Made by a program: the position numbers and the translations under genes. This document shows, in pieces, positions 25,689 through 26,810 of a stretch of 26,810 bases of DNA (positions are counted from its first letter, which is position 1; the number at the start of each line of letters is the position of its first letter). The notes beneath the pieces were generated by a model, which was not told the DNA's origin, ran no database searches, and worked only from the letters and a program-made list of their open reading frames with translations. The stretch is taken from positions 1 through 26,810 of the IMG/VR virus record IMGVR_UViG_2740892035_000001; one strand, given 5' to 3'. The stretch is from a virus (taxonomy: Duplodnaviria; Heunggongvirae; Uroviricota; Caudoviricetes).

Positions 25689-26262
25689 CGTCCGGCGCTG
25701 TGCTGGTATCTGTTGCCGTCACCGCGTCAATATAATCCAGCACAGCGTTAAGTCGGGTGTTTTCTGGCTGCGTCAGCTTCCGCCCGGCCTGTAATTTCAG
25801 TTGAATCAGATTGATGGAAGCCATTGCAGCATCAATCAGCGACTGGCGCTGTGCTTCTGCCGCTTCTACTGCGGCGCTATGCTGTGCCTCAGTATCTGTC
25901 ACCCATTTCTCACCATCCCATTCATCGTATGGCGTTAACGGGGCGATAGTGGTTGTATTTTCAGGATAATCACCAGGAGCTGTGATTTCTTTCGATTCTC
26001 CTGTTTCGGTGCTATAGATGATTTCACCGCGATGGTCTGGCACATATTCCCATGAGTTAAAATCTGCAGAACGGCAGATTGCATAACCAGCTTTATGTGT
26101 AACTGGTGCATCTAAACAAGAACATGCCGGGATACCGACGCCAACCGCAAGATATTCAGTTGATGTGGAAATATATTCCCGCGTTTCACCATCATAATTA
26201 TAAATGGTAATGTCTCCCGCTTTTATGGCAATGAGTTCGTTATTTAATACGGCTTTATTCAT
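25660..26262 (-). CDS. Alternative tail fibre assembly protein (tfa of the inverted orientation), 200 aa
   Basis: Conserved Tfa C-terminus (LNAVLDYIDAVTATDTSTAPDVIWP); convergent with G, 29-nt 3' overlap. Confidence 0.85.
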   Translation of the reverse strand: MNKAVLNNELIAIKAGDITIYNYDGETREYISTSTEYLAVGVGIPACSCLDAPVTHKAGYAICRSADFNSWEYVPDHRGEIIYSTETGESKEITAPGDYPENTTTIAPLTPYDEWDGEKWVTDTEAQHSAAVEAAEAQRQSLIDAAMASINLIQLKLQAGRKLTQPENTRLNAVLDYIDAVTATDTSTAPDVIWPELPEA

Positions 26263-26772
26263 CAGGCAGCCCTCACGATATAATTAAAGGCAATGTTACG
26301 AGGACGGTTTTCGTTTGCAGTTGGAACGATTCTTGAAGCATCAAGGCCAATCACTTTTGGGTAAACAGCGCCATCTGTTCTTTCTGTCACCATACTTCTG
26401 ATTAAGGAGAAATAACTATTGTTCGTTGAGGGATTCAAAGGCACCACTGCCCCCTTAAACGAGCCTGCTGATTCCCATATTGAATAATTTTCGGTGTTTA
26501 CAGTCTTGAACTCACCATAGATATTACGTATGGCATCGCCCTGAGCTGATAATATTGTTCTCCCCGCATCCGCACTACGCCCATCATCCCAGCCACGAAT
26601 AAATTCACCGCGTAAATCAGGCAATTTATTTGTCGGGTAAGCCTTTGCCAGTTCCGGGTATTCTTCAGCAGAAAAAGCTGCTCCGTTGCATTTCAGCCAG
26701 CCTGTTGGCGGAGTGGCTGAGGGCCACGGAACAGGCACCCCAACAGGTAATGCAGAGCCTTCTCCCAAACCA
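26262..26772 (-). CDS. Alternative tail fibre C-terminal variable domain (tail-collar type), ~170 codons, with no start of its own; expressed only after inversion fuses it to the H constant part
   Basis: GVPVPWPSATPPTGWLKCNGAAFSAEEYPELAKAYP resembles the Mu S/P1 S/e14 StfE tail-collar domain; the open frame runs through the hix-like site to the window edge. Confidence 0.75.
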
Positions 26773-26785
26773 ACGTTTAAGAAAA
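26760..26785. promoter_or_regulatory. Right 26-bp hix/gix/cix-like crossover site TTCTCCCAAACC-AA-CGTTTAAGAAAA
   Basis: Closely resembles hixL (TTCTTGAAAACCAAGGTTTTTGATAA) as recalled; inverted relative to the site at 24776-24801. Confidence 0.75.
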
Positions 26786-26810
26786 TGCAGAGGTAACAGC
26801 TAACTGGCAT

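Larger units (their letters stand above)
24789..26772. mobile_element. Invertible tail-fibre host-range segment (~2 kb, Gin/Cin/Pin/Hin type): Hv plus tfa on the plus strand, alternative tfa plus Hv on the minus strand
   Basis: Two inverted 26-bp hix-like sites bounding convergent fibre C-terminus/tfa gene pairs; both H and the minus-strand fibre ORF read GLGE across the crossover core, so inversion keeps the frame. Confidence 0.75.
1..26810. mobile_element. P2/186-family prophage, partial: attL-proximal integrase through tail fibre invertible segment; attL and the remaining tail genes lie outside the window
   Basis: Collinear P2-type gene order (int, repressor, early genes, A, Q-P divergent from O-N-M-L-X, lysis, R-S, V-W-J-I-H-G) recognised from ORF translations; TGT-N12-ACA late promoter dyads. 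Confidence 0.93.

Noticed and set aside
1-26810. tRNA, rRNA or IS elements
   Set aside because: No cloverleaf-compatible segment or transposase-like ORF was seen; the attachment-site tRNA or host junction would lie left of the window start.

Overview
This window is the left ~27 kb of a P2/186-family (Fels-2-like) temperate myovirus prophage from an enterobacterium; all calls are from reading the sequence and ORF translations, with no database search run. Gene order is: P2-type integrase, a 186-type CI/Apl/CII switch, early genes, a Dam-like methyltransferase, replication protein A, a LexA-boxed tum/dinI-like module, then portal and large terminase (minus strand), scaffold, capsid, small terminase, head completion, tail X, a lysis cassette (holin, SAR endolysin, LysA, LysB/LysC spanins), tail completion R/S, baseplate V/W/J/I and tail fibre H/G. 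Three AT-rich accessory insertions sit in this backbone and are the main candidates for an undescribed system. First, a membrane-anchored coiled-coil protein with a T5orf172-like C-terminus lies between int and cI. Second, a tightly coupled three-gene operon (soluble ~300 aa protein, 1-TM protein, 2-TM protein) follows the tum/dinI module. Third, a convergent operon encodes a 216-aa membrane protein followed by three overlapping paralogous micro-ORFs, each with a hexaproline tract. The second and third flank a cos-like motif in the position that tin/old occupy in P2. The tail fibre locus carries a Gin/Hin-type invertible segment with two 26-bp hix-like sites; the invertase gene is expected just past the window end. 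The tum-like gene appears split by a frameshift in an A5 run.
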